Source: Octopus bimaculoides
Lineage: Eukaryota
Direction of reading: 5' to 3'
NCBI RefSeq assembly: GCF_001194135.2
Contig: NC_068982.1
Coordinates: 86,699,904-86,741,125, forward strand
DNA length: 41,222 bases
The notes under the pieces are model-generated. The model saw only the letters and a list, made by a program, of their open reading frames with translations, was not told where the DNA came from and did not search any database. Each line of letters starts with the position of its first letter. Position 1 is the first letter of the stretch. The translations under genes and the position numbers were made by a program. Of the stretch, positions 22,826-35,022 are shown piece after piece.

Positions 22826-22925
22826 TCATTAGCAGCAGCAGCAGCAGCAATATCACCATCAGCAGCAGCAGCAGCAGTGGTAATAGTAGTAGTAGTGGCA
22901 GCAGCCACAGCAGCAGTACCAGTAC
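22826..22925. repeat. Imperfect (CAG)n/(TAG)n trinucleotide low-complexity tract
   Basis: Read directly from the sequence. Confidence 0.85.
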
Positions 22926-23049
22926 CTAGGCCATAATTACTGACCATGAATGTTCAGTTGTTCGAGTAACAAAAGTATCAAATTCATTTAATTTGGGTGC
23001 AAATGGATGAATATTCCATAGGCCCTTGCACCTTTAATGTAATTCTTAG

Positions 23050-23243
23050 GTGGAATCAGTGTGACACTGTGACAAGGTGTGACCCTTAATTATGAGTACA
23101 ATCCATTCGACAAGCTTCACAGTTCCTGTCTTCCTAATTTCACTCACAAGACATGGGGCTCTAAAAAATTACATTTGGCCAAGATGCCTTGTAGCAGATT
23201 CCAAATTGGGACTTCATGACTGCAAGGCAAATTTCTTAACCAT
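23050..23243 (-). mobile_element. Diverged SINE
   Basis: Minus head TGGTTAAGAAATTTGCCTTGCAGTC..., and a 3' part CCTTGTCACAGTGTCACACTGATTCC that resembles octopus SINE cores. Confidence 0.45.
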
Positions 23244-24285
23244 TCATTCATATTATGCATATATACAAGCAAATGTACACTCATACATATATACATATAC
23301 AAACAACTATGCACGAGTGTGTGTGCGAGTTGGTAGGAACAGTACTCTGACAGTTTTCAAGAAACTTATATTTACATGTATAATATATTTGGTTTAGTAT
23401 CATACGCACCGATTTTTTAAAATGCAGATCATATATTTTTAACATTTTCCCACCACACTTGTGCCCTGGAATGATTACAGCAGTACAGGCACCTATATTG
23501 TGTAAATTAGAAGTTCCAGTAAATTTTGATTGATTTATCATTAATCTATGTAAAAAGTCGATTAATCTACCAGGATGTTATTTCAAGTTGGTTCAGAATT
23601 GATTGACTGGAAGACCAATGAATTTTGCATTAATTTTTTATGAAATTTGAGTACTAATGGTCAGGGTTATTGAAATTATTCCTTTAATGATTGTATAGAA
23701 TCATTACATGTTTTATTTCTTTTAAAATAATGATTTCTAACACTAGTGCATGACCACAATTTTGGGAGAGGGTATATGCATACCCAATTAAATAGAGCAC
23801 AATACTTGAATGATACATTATTTTGTTAAACTCACAAGGATGAAAAGTAATGTTCATCTCGGAGAGATTTGATCTTCCAGCATACTGAAATACTGAGTGT
23901 TCTAAATAATGACATTTAGAGTTTCCTCATATTGTCACATATTGTTTAGGCTAATCAGTGACAAGTAACCTGTTAGCCATTTATGCTATTTAAACAGAAG
24001 TGAAACTGTTTTTATTCTTTTTGCAGCAATGAGCAAGTTGTTATATTCTTTTTCTAAGTTTGCTATTAGCTTTCTTTTGAATTGCCTCAACTGGAGAAAA
24101 TCGGCTGTTTTAAATCAGAAGATGCGTTAAACTGAAGCAAAAAATCATTTACTGATTGTTATTTCTATCAGTTTAAAAGCACGTTGTTTGAACTGGTTAT
24201 GCTGTATTTCCTAGCCCTCTTAGTCTGTTGCTAATTGTCTTGTAGAGTCTGTGTTTTTTTTTAGTTAATTTGAACATGCATATAT

Positions 24286-25919
24286 TTGCAAATTTTATTT
24301 AAAAAGATGAGTCTGGAATGGGTGAGAGATGAACTAATAAATAGAAAAGAAATAATACAAGAGCGGTTTAAATCTTTGTTAAATAAGTATGAGATTAAAG
24401 AAAACGGTGCTATGCTTACTCGTAAAAAGTTGTTAAGTCTGATAGCAGAAGTAAAGAATGCTAAAATAGCATACAAAAATGTACCATGTGACTGTTGGTT
24501 AATTAAGCGTCATGTTCTTGAAGTTCAAGGAATAGAAAAGTTAATTGTGTCAGTAATAGATGCAAAACTTGATGTCTTTTATTGTTCAAGCAATGCACTG
24601 TTCGATATTCTATACAAAATGTATACATCTATTGGACATAGTGGTAGAGACCATATGATAGAAGAACTCAATCATCAATGTAAAAACATTACTCAGAACG
24701 AAATAAAGTTATTTTTAAGTGTTTGTGAACTTAGCCAACAAAAAAGAAATAAGGGAAAGAAAGGGACTGTGGTTAAGCCCATGGTATTTTCACATTTCAA
24801 TTCAAGATGTCAAGTAGACCTTATAGATTTTCAGTTTCAACCCGATGGAAACTATAAATATATTTTTGTTTACCAAAACTTTTTAACAAAGTTTGTAGAT
24901 TTAAGACCTCTTCAAACAAAAAGGGCACCAGGTAGTTGCTCGATATATTTTTATTGCTTGGTGATCTATGTATTCTGCAGTCTGACAACAGCAAGGAATT
25001 CTGTAATAAACATAGACAATTTGAAAATAACTTGGCTGGAGCTTAAGATCGTCATGGTAAACCAAAGCATAGTCAGAGTCAAGGTAGCATTGACAACTGG
25101 AATGCAAAACAACCAGTCTACTTCATGGAGTCACAAGCTTAGATTTATTCAATTCATGAAAAACAGAGTGCTACATTCTGGTATAAAGAGAACGCCTTAC
25201 GAGGGAAGTGTTTGAATCAGTGGAGGATGAATAACAATTTGAAAATGCCTTGATTGCTATTACTGCATCCTCTGAACATGATGATACTGTTTCTGTTGAA
25301 GAAACATCTGTGAAAGTGTGTGTTGTGTGTTAAAAAAATTGCAAAGACAGCCTATTTTGCTGGAAATGTGAGTAGCCTATCCATGTGTCATGCTCAGAAG
25401 TCTGGTACTCATAAGACAAAATTGTACAGAAGGTCTGCAGGTTGTATTTAAATGAAATAAATATCGAGAAAGAAAGAAAGACAAGCAGCTAAAGAATGTC
25501 TGGAAACTCAGGCTAAGAAAATGAAATTAATGTCTGACAAATCTCATTCTGAGATATCTGTAGGCATTACAGTCTATATTCCTGACGTTGACAGAGGAAG
25601 AGGAGATGCTAGATCTATCTTAGTTGTTGTCATGGAAAAAAACAGCAATAGATTTTTCCAGTTAGAAATAAGGAATGGCTGAATCAAGGAGCTGAATCAG
25701 TTCAGTGTATGTGAGCAAGAATTAATTTCTATTGAAGAAGTTCCGAATATTGAGACATCACTTTGCTTTGTTGCTACAGCTCAAAATATCGGCACTGGAC
25801 AAAGATTTAAAAAGAGTTCGTGCAAAACACAGTGTGATACTAAAAAGTGTGCCTGCTTCAAAAATAATATGCAATGTAATTCAAAGTGCCATCACAGCAA
25901 TCCTTGTTCCAATAAATAA
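24286..25919 (+). pseudogene. Ginger2/KRBA2(SCAND3)-like DDE integrase-type transposase, decayed, with PHD-like finger and terminal CXC domain
   Basis: IGHSGRDHM, SRCQVDLIDFQFQPDGNYKYIFVYQNFLTKFVDLRPL; after a frameshift near 24930, LQSDNSKEF and KHSQSQGS; MKNRVLHSGIKRTPYE; CVVC...CWKC..PIHVSC; DVDRGRGDARSIL; CKTQCDTKKCACFKNNMQCNSKCHHSNPCSNK*. Confidence 0.88.
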
Positions 25920-26199
25920 TTTAAAATAAAATGAATGTTTTGGATAAAGTTTTTGTAATATCTTTTATTTAAAATAAAACTTTCTGACAAGCATGTATTT
26001 TTTAACAAACAGGAATTTTTTTTTTATGAAAAATAAAATTAAGGTTTTGCATAAAGTTTTTGTAATATTTTTTATTCAAAATAAAAAAGGCATTTTCTAA
26101 AGACTTTAACTACTTATCAGTTGATTTATAAAACAACTAGTTATTCTATAAAATAACTGGTTAAATTGTAGAATGTAATAATTTTATACACTTTAACTG

Positions 26200-26272
26200 A
26201 TTCAGCCAGGTAATTCATGGAAATACCTGGTTATTCCATGAAATAACTGAATTATATACTTTATTGGTAACA
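26200..26272 (+). mobile_element. Candidate right terminus of the Ginger2-like element
   Basis: Ends ...TTATTGGTAACA (Ginger ends are TGT...ACA), after repeated ATAACTG/GGTTATT motifs. No matching left end with a TSD was found. Confidence 0.4.
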
Positions 26273-26943
26273 TATACATTGTAACTATTATATACTGGTA
26301 TTTTAATATAAGCCTGTTTCGCTTTCCTTTGACTATAACCACCTTGGAACCAAAATACTTAAAACTATTGAAATATCACTGTGTAAAAGCTTACAAACAA
26401 GTATGGTTGGCACTGTACCTGTTGTTGGAAAATTACTTTTAAAAAGATGTCATACTGAGAACAACTGTTTGGAATGTTTAACATGTGGAAGGTTAGAAAT
26501 TGCAACATATCAAAACTGCAAACATTAATAAATCTTTAAATATCATTTTCTCATCAACATTGAGTCAGAGATGTTTTGTATGGCATACTTGGATCTTTGT
26601 GGTTTTCGTCACTGTTTACAATAATCTTTAAAAAACTTTTTTTTATGTATAGTTGTAATTTTTGATGCTGAATCTGAATTTGTTATTCATTTATTTCAGA
26701 AAACTTTTGCAAAAATGTTACAGGTGTTCAAAGTTTGATAATTTTCAGAATTTTCAGCCAATCAGAAAACAGCGCATTTGCTGCCTCTTTCATCATGGCG
26801 GCAGGGAAGGGGGCATCAGCATGTCAAAACATTGCTACTTCCCTTGTACACACACACACGCATACACACATATACTCACACAGAGTTGAAATGCTGTTTG
26901 ATTTTTCTTCTCAGCATTGAATGTTCACCATCCCACTTCCATT

Positions 26944-26978
<35 letters not shown>

Positions 26979-29849
26979 TTCACATACCTCCCTTTTATAT
27001 ACACACACATACACTCACATAGAGTTGGAGCGCTCCCATATTTTTCACATCTGCTCCCTCTCAACCTGTTAATTCTTAAAAATTTGTTGAATTTCTCATG
27101 TCTTAGGATAGATGTCTATGTGTATGACTCTTTCTTTCAAATTTAATTCTGGAGAACTAGAAAGGCATATTTTCTTTATTTTGTCTTACCCATTTTGCCC
27201 CACTAAATTTGTCTTTTACAAATGCTCAAAGAGAACAGTGATAGTTTTCTAAAATAGTGTTCTGAATATGTTATAGGTTTTATTGCATTTAGAGAAGGTC
27301 TTTACTTTGCTAGTATAGTTTTAGCAAGATAGTGAACATGTGTAAAAAATACATTTTCTTCAAAGTCAAAAAATGCAGTAAATATTACTCATAGTGCCCC
27401 ACATACTCTTACTGGACACTGGAAAAGCAAACTTTCAGAAATACCTGTTTGAATTTCCTTGTTTTGTCAGGGTTTCCTCTGCTTTTCATTTTTTTTTTTT
27501 CATGCATATTGCAAAACAATGAAGGGAAGCCGTTTTAAAAATAGAATTTTAAAAATCCGTGTCTTCTAAATGTTGGTATCTCTACCCTCTCTCTCCCTCT
27601 CCCTCTCTTTCTCTCTCTCTCTCTCTCACGCACACACACATACACACATTCATGGCTTTGGAACAGCAACAACGACAAAAATGATTTTTTTACTTTTTTG
27701 TAATTTTATGTCATTTTACCTTATTCTGTCTACATTCTGAAACATGTAGCACACATTAAAAGAAAACAAATCTTACCCAACTCTTTCTTCCTTCATTGTA
27801 CTTTTCACAATGAAGGAAAAGTCAAACACTGCAACTGGATGTGTGAAAAGCGAAACTTGAATTTTGAAAAAGTGTATCTATAAAGCGACATTTTCAGTCA
27901 TTTATTTAAACTTTCTCTGCTAACTCATCAAATTCAATTATTTGAAATAGATGAGTTTTTTAAATTTGGTAATTTTCTAAGATTTTAATTCTTGTGTATA
28001 AGGGGCCCACCAATCTTGAAGTGCTCCAGACCCCCATGGTTTAAATCCGGTCCTGAGCATAATGAAAACATTGTTGTCAATCGATATCTGCATGCAAAAA
28101 CCAACATTTTAATGGGGATCTGATCTAAAGTCCTCGAATCCTGAAGTCATCAAACAATTTCAGAATTTTCAGCTTTATAATCATTTTGCAATTGGATGGA
28201 TTATTAGTTTACATTATTCTCATGTGTAGTTTGTTTCAAAAGTACTTTGAATATAAATTTAAGAGTGCTTCTATCTATACCATGAATGTCCAATGATAAG
28301 TATAATTATTTCTAGATTGCATACTTAAATTAACATTTGTAACATCATATTAGGGAGGAGGTTGTATTATATTTGCTAGCTAAGTTACACATGGAGGTCT
28401 GTAACAGTACATTCTAAAATTTATTTCTAACTGGAAACCTGTAGTGAAATTAAGAAGAAAATTCTCTTAATAAAAGACTCCTTAAATTTTTACTGCACAA
28501 CTTCTTCGATTATATTACTCAAACTAGATTTCAAAATATTTAGAATAAAATATATTTCAAAGTAAGACCTTTTTCCTATCACTTGAGTGATTTTGAATGT
28601 ATAATTGAAGATTAAGCAAATTTGTGAATGGTAATCTGAATAAAAAAAAGATCCTTACAAAATAACGCAATTTTGGAGAACTATTCTTTTTATAAAATTA
28701 AAATTCTGATTTGGTACATGCTTTTGATTTTATAATTATTTTTGATCAAATATTCCTTTTAAATAACAATATAGTGTGTAACAAAAGCAAATATTTTACT
28801 TGACATCTAAGTATTTTGTCAAAATATATCTTTTAGATATTGTCTTCCAAAATTTTCATTTTTGGCAGATGGGAAGGGATAAAATAAAAAAAGAAAACAA
28901 TGAATGGTTTCTACTTGTATGATTGATTACAATTGTTAGAGTGCTACCATATATGACATGCTTAGAAAGAAATTAACACTTTTGAGAATTGATATATACG
29001 GACTTGCAAATAGTAGCACAAAACTAACATTTAGCTTATGGGATACATCTTTTTTCCTCAATAAATATAAAGTTTTAAGATCATATCATTTTCAAAACAC
29101 AAAGTCACAGAAGATCAAAAACTAAAGTAATTGCCAATAGAAACTGGATGAGAACTTAATTACCTAGTGCACTAGGAGTACTACAGAATAGTCATATCAA
29201 ATCTCACTGTTCAATTCAAAAGATTACCAATTCTTATCAGGCTTCTGCCATATTGGTGAAGAAACGCTAAAGTCTTTTTCCTAAACTGGTCAATTTGAAA
29301 ACTAAATTACTGAGGGATGCTACCCATATGAAAACAATGGATAATGTTAGTATATGTGAGCATTAAAAATTTAATTCGTAAAAGAAAAGACATCATTGTT
29401 TTAATGAGCAATATTATTTTCATCAATGAGGAAATAAGGATAGGCAAGTCTGGACATGTTTCTGTCTTATTCATATTTTCAGCAACAGTCCTCCTTTGTC
29501 CCTGTTCAAGTGGAATGTTCCTCAGTACATCCAAATGTCATGGTGAAAACTCAAAAGCAAAAACATACATAAGTACAGGGCTTAAAATTTCATGGTGTGA
29601 AGGGGAGATGCCATACGGTTCTGAACAATACCGCTTTAGTGCAGAGTAAAACTAACTGATGCTAAGAAGAGATTATTGACCCTTTCAAATGCTGTTCATT
29701 ATCTGAATTGATCAACATCCTACACCATAGTTAAATCTAAACCCAGCCTTCTCAATGATGTATCACTTTTGGTGGGATTTAACTTGAATAGAATTTCCTG
29801 AATTGCATAGTTGTCTCAGGACCTGATAATATTAGTTTCAAATTTTGAT

Positions 29850-30043
29850 TCAGGACCAGCAAGTTTGAGGTAGGGTGATAGTCAATTACATCAACCCCAG
29901 TGCTTGACTAATACTCATTTTATCAACTCCAAAAGGATAAAAGGCAAAGTCGACCTTGGCAGACTTTGAACTCAATGTAAAGACGGACGAAATGCTACCA
30001 AGCATTTTGCCTGGCATGTTAACAGTTCTATCAGCTTGCTGCC
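29850..30043 (-). mobile_element. tRNA-derived SINE (third family)
   Basis: Minus head GGCAGCAAGCTGATAGAAC...GAGTTCAAAG, followed by a core GTCGACTTTGCCTTTTATCCTTTTGGAGTTGATAAAATGAGTA. Confidence 0.7.
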
Positions 30044-32354
30044 TTTGGGACCTGGCAATATTAACAAAACAAAAGTCCTCCTTTAATATTTAGCATGCTG
30101 GCTACAATCTTTACCAATGCATTGAGCAGTGGTATAGCCAAAAATTATCCATTATCTCTTTCTTCAGCAATGCAGCCATCCTCAGATCACACAAATAGGA
30201 ATACTCACAGTTTTCTAGTTGCGGTACTCACCAACCAAGACAATAGCGAATAATATCTATCCTGTTTGTAGGGCAGACCACCTAGTCTTGATGATTTTAG
30301 CTCTGCAAAACATACTGGTACCTCTCAGTATGTTATTGGCTATTCAGATTTCTTCTTTATTCGCATTATGATAAATTGTTAATGTAGCACAAAAACTGAC
30401 ATTTCTAGTTCATCATTTCTTAGAAAAATGCTACTTAAAAATGACATACAACTGTGCAGAAACAGATTTGTCCCTCTGTGACACACTACTGTCCATTCAT
30501 ATCATAGGGCTTTTATGTCTTTGCTTCTTTGAGCATATGTCTTAGTATGAACAACACATCCATCAAAGAAATGGTCCACAGCCACTTCTGCCAGCTTGTT
30601 GGCTGTGGTGCATTTCCTGCATTACAAATATTGATCTTTCTCTTTAGGTCAGAAAATACTGCATAGAGGTTGTTCATACCATTGTTATTTTTCATGTAAA
30701 GTTGTGCATTTTTTTTTAGAGTATATGTAAATTGTGCTGTTTTTAATGTTTGTGTAACTGTTTTGTAAACTTTGCAAAATGCTCATCTTTTAGAACTCAT
30801 TTCCTCTAGAGTCTTAGCTTCTATCATTCTTTGACAGTATTCACTCACAAAGAGAAATATTTCTGCGGCATGAACATATCTATTTGGTCAGCATTCCAGA
30901 CATGACCTTCATGTCTTCTGTTCTGGCATATTGCTTACCCATTATATTTATCCATTTAAAGAAAGTAAGGTAGAATTCTAGGAAGATTTAGTTAGAATTT
31001 CTAGCTAGTCAAATGACTGTATAGAGGTTTCCTTGTTAACTCATCTGACTGTCTAGATTCTAGTTGAATCCACAAAAGAGATGGAAAGGGAACTTGGTCA
31101 GAATGTGACACTGACTATTCTCTTGCAGTTATGCTTGGTGGTGTGCATTTAAGCAGAGTATTTGGAAGCTGGTGAAGCAATCGATGCAGCAGGTATTTCC
31201 ATGTGCATGTGTTATTAATGTTTGTTTGAGCTGAGTGGGGAAGATATTGTTTTTTGGGATGCTGTAGTAGTAGTAGTGTTGTTTTGCAGGTGCTATATAT
31301 CTGTCTGGAAGTTTGGAGGTGAATTTTAATGTTATGGTAGGAATTGTGAAGGATCACTGCAATAACAAACTATAGAACTCATATGTTCAGGTGGCCTTTC
31401 ATTTTTAGTGTATTTGTTTCTTTGTGTAGGTAGCTGCAAACAGCCTATTACAACACACACTGTTTTGTTATGCCTTCTTTGTAATGTATTGTGGTTTGTG
31501 GAGAGATTAGGAGCCCTAACAGAACTGGTATAATACATGATATTGTTTGGACAACATTGTTGTTCTTTCGTTCTGTTGGCAAAACATGATACCTGTGAGT
31601 GCTCTTATTAGTTTTGCATCATTTTACTTTCTTTGTTACACTTTCTGCATGTACTGTGAATACTATGGAGGTCTTGTACGTAACTTCTTGTATGTTTATA
31701 TTTTGTGCGTGCATGTTTGTGATATTCTTATTTTGTTGAGTGTGATGATGATTTACATTCAATGTTCTTTGAAGTTTCAATTAAAAATAGATCTTCACTG
31801 TGCCACTAATAGATTGAGTTAGGAGATCTACATCTGTTTCTTTTGTTTTTTTTCCATGAAACCGAGTATTTCAAGGTTTTTGTACAAATTTGTTGGTACA
31901 TAACCTAATGCACCTATAATGATAGGTACATATGAAGATTCATAATCATAATACAAGGGTTGTATGTATGTATGTATGCATGCATGTATGCATGCATGCA
32001 TGCATGCATGTATGTATGTATGTATGTTTGCATGTGTATGTATATTACATAAATGTATTTCAAACTATTGGGATTTTTTATTGTTAATGCCTAGATTGGT
32101 AGTATAATTTTTGTCTCATTATTTTACAATATCATTTGTGAATTAGATATTGATTTTATACAAGATATTAAGCTTTCTCCATTATATTGATACATTCTGG
32201 CTTGAGTAGAATTAGTGATATTAAGTGGCTTGTGTGGTCTTTGCAAAAGTGTTTCTTAAATTATTGCTATATGAAGATTGTATATAACATCTTTTAGTGT
32301 CATCAAGGTATTATATGCGATTAATGTTCCATCGTTATCCATATTGTTTTCTAG

Positions 32355-32859
32355 CATATTGTGCTGAAGATTATTTTATCCCATATATTCATCCATCTTT
32401 AAGATGGAACAGTAAAACTAGTAGAGGTAACTGCTTTTCTAGAAAGTGGACTGGTGGTGTAAAAGCTATTTCATTTGGCAAGGCTCCTTCATTTGCAGGT
32501 TGTTTAAGTTGTTCTGTTAATAGACACTTCATCCTTTCGTAGCTCTTTTCATTTACCAACCATTCTGGTTTTGACAATAAGTAGACCAATTCTGGTCAAT
32601 CTTCTTAACTTTGATTTTACACTTTTCCATTTCCCTTTTTTTTTCTTCACTTTTTAAAGATTTGTTGGATGAAACTAAAGGTAAGTGTATGTCGTTGTTA
32701 GTCGTGTTACAGCTCTCAATTTTGTTATTGTTTTAGTAGGTGTACTTCTGCAGTTGTAGAGTTTTAATATTTTCAGAAAATTTGCCACTAAATGTCAGAC
32801 AAGAAAATATTTCTAAGATCAATTATGGTCAGGGAATGGAAAGGAGCAATGGAGAGTAA
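32355..32859 (+). CDS. Three candidate phase-compatible exons (32355-32426, 32660-32680, 32777-32859 stop) of an unidentified host gene
   Basis: TTTTCTAG|...AGAG|GTAACT; long polypyrimidine tract, AAG|21 nt|GTAAGT; TTTTCAG|...TAA. All phase 1. Joined: (A)YCAEDYFIPYIHPSLRWNSKTSRDLLDETKENLPLNVRQENISKINYGQGMERSNGE*. No homolog recognised. Confidence 0.33.
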
Positions 32860-33926
32860 TTTACAAAACGAAGCATTGATTTTGAATTGGATTATTTTTG
32901 GTGAAGTTGAATCAGTTACAAAATACAGCCAAAGAATACACAATAGAGGTGACTGAATTAAAATAAATGCAGGACGTTCAAAAAGTTTGTAAAGGTTCAT
33001 ATTAAAACATTAATGATATTCTGAAAAATATAGAAAGTGGAAGAAAATGCAAAATAAGACTTTACAGCAAATGCCATACTTGATTAAATAGTGTTCTGTT
33101 ATACAACATAATAAAACAAGTGTTATTTTTCATTGTTGATTAAAAATTGCATGATGGATGGTGTTCTTAGGTAGAAAATTTTTCTCTGAGAGTCTCAAGC
33201 CAAACATAAAGGTTTTGCAGATATCAGGAGCAACAAGTCTATTTATATAAATAATAATTGTACCAGTACAGATTACTTATGAATAAATATGTATACAGAA
33301 ATTATATACAATAAGTTTATTGAACAAATATTTATTCTGAGTGTGAAAATAGACATCTTGAATAACTCATGGGAGTTTTTGTAGCCTGACTGTGTATCAA
33401 ACTGGTTAATTTCCTATTTCATTAAAGAGCCATCAGAAATCTTTTAAACCCCTTTCAACAGCCCAAGCTTATAAGCATACAACTTGTTCTGATGAATGTA
33501 AACAAAATTATGTCAAATATAACGAAATTTTCATGATATTAGAAAACTGATGGCTGAGTTTTAATAACTACAGTACCAACAAATATATGGAATATTAATA
33601 TACATCATATATATTTAATCAAAAATGTCTGTAGTGAAAACAGAATTTACCATATTCATGGAAAAGTACTCAATGTAAAAAAAAAGGAAAATACAGACTT
33701 AATATAAATGTACATAGCTGTAGTTTGATTGCTGCTGCTTCATGCACTTATGATTAAGATAGTCAATAGAGTTGACTTTTACCGGAAGCTTCCTTGCTTC
33801 ATGTAAGAAATTTCCAAAGCATAAAGGATTGAGCAATATACATACATTCATACATATGTATGCATGCATACATACGTACATATGTATGCCTAAGTATGAA
33901 CATACATGCATAAGTATGTATGTAAG

Positions 33927-34030
33927 CATGACTGAGTAGTTCAGAAGCTTGTTTCCCAATCAACCATGTGCTCTTCAGTTCAATTACACTATGTGGCATT
34001 TTCAGCAAGTGTATGCTACTATATCCCTGA
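33927..34030 (+). mobile_element. Degenerate SINE head
   Basis: GCATGACTGAGTAGTTCAGAAGCTTGTTTCCCAA...CAGTTCAATTACACTATGTGGCA resembles the 15477 family head. Confidence 0.5.
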
Positions 34031-34086
34031 ACTTATCTACTTTTCAGTGATAGCATTGCCTGCCCTACATGGGGACTGTGACTCTT

Positions 34087-34926
34087 TCAATCCAAGACAA
34101 CTAGCTAAAGAACACCGAGAAATTCCCCTATTTGGGTAGCATCATCTCAAGCAATGGGGTCATTGACCACGAAATTCAGAATCGCATCCACCTTGCCTCT
34201 CCCGCGTCTCAAGGATAGGGTTTTCTTTAATCATGATCTGAATCTCTCCACGAAAATCGAGGTTTATTGTGCTGCTGTGGTTTCCATGCTTCTGTATGCC
34301 TAAGAAACCTGGACACTTTATCGTCGTCATGTCAAACTCCTCGAATCCTTTCCTATCTGCTGTCTCCAGCACATTCTTCATCTGACCTGGAAGGACAAGA
34401 TCCCACATACGGAGATCCTGAGATGAGCGAAATTGACCAGCATCAAATGCATGGTCCTCGAACGCCAACTGCACTGGGTGGGGCATGTAACCAGGATGCG
34501 AGAAAACCGTATACCCAAGATTGTCCTTTTTGGAGAGTTAGCAGAGGGTAACTGACCGCACGGAGGTCCAAAGAAACGATATAAAGATCATCTCAAGAAA
34601 TCCCTGAAGCTCTGCACCCCCCCCCCGTGTGAACTTGAAACACTGGCCACAGACCGTACTACCTGGAGAGGTATGGTCAAAACTGGTACGCAGCATGTTG
34701 AGTATGAGCAGACTAGACTTCGCGAAGAAAAGCAGAGAAAGCTCAAGGAACGTCAGCAAAATCCTAGACGAGCTCATCTTTGCTGTTCTCAGTGTAATCG
34801 GACATGTGCCTCCAGAATCGGCCTTTTCAACCATGAGAGGGCCTACCAACGCCATCAAAACAACCCCTAAGGATTAAAGACAACGTCGTCATCTGTCAAG
34901 ATGGACTGCCTTAAGCAAGTAAGTAA
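34087..34926 (+). mobile_element. RTE (BovB-like) LINE 3' fragment with a C-terminal C2H2-type finger
   Basis: EKFPYLGS, STKIEVY, LLYA*ETWTLYRRH, QLHWVGHVTRM, GGPKKRYKDHLK, DRTTWR, CSQCNRTCASRIGLFNH. Short AAGT-repeat tail. Confidence 0.9.
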
Positions 34927-35022
34927 ACAACTTGTTATACTTGCCTGTTAATTCTGAATCTGGCTGCAATCCTTAAAACCACAAATCTCTTTGATTTTTA
35001 ATGATTTCATTTATCTCTATTC

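Noticed and set aside
22826-22925. Possible polyQ/polyS/polyA exon
   Set aside because: No convincing splice sites or non-repetitive coding context; it looks like a decaying microsatellite.
26755-26805. CCAAT box plus ATGGCGG motif suggesting a promoter
   Set aside because: Short motifs in a repeat-like, microsatellite-rich region with no downstream gene evidence.
28003-28056. hAT-like end (GGGGCCC...TAAATCCGGTCCTG)
   Set aside because: No partner TIR or TSD found, so not enough to call an element.
30400-30920. Minus-strand text faintly like a transposase remnant (WYEQPLCSIF*PKEKDQYL*CRKC)
   Set aside because: Many stops and no confident catalytic motif; needs a translated search.
31129-31192. 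AG/GT-bounded 64-nt segment (YAWWCAFKQSIWKLVKQSMQQ)
   Set aside because: Its phase is incompatible with the 32355 candidate, and such segments arise often by chance.
32389-32589. Protein-looking minus ORF (LSKPEWLVNEKSYERM...)
   Set aside because: No good splice signals on that strand, no recognisable homology, and it overlaps a plus-strand exon candidate with better signals.
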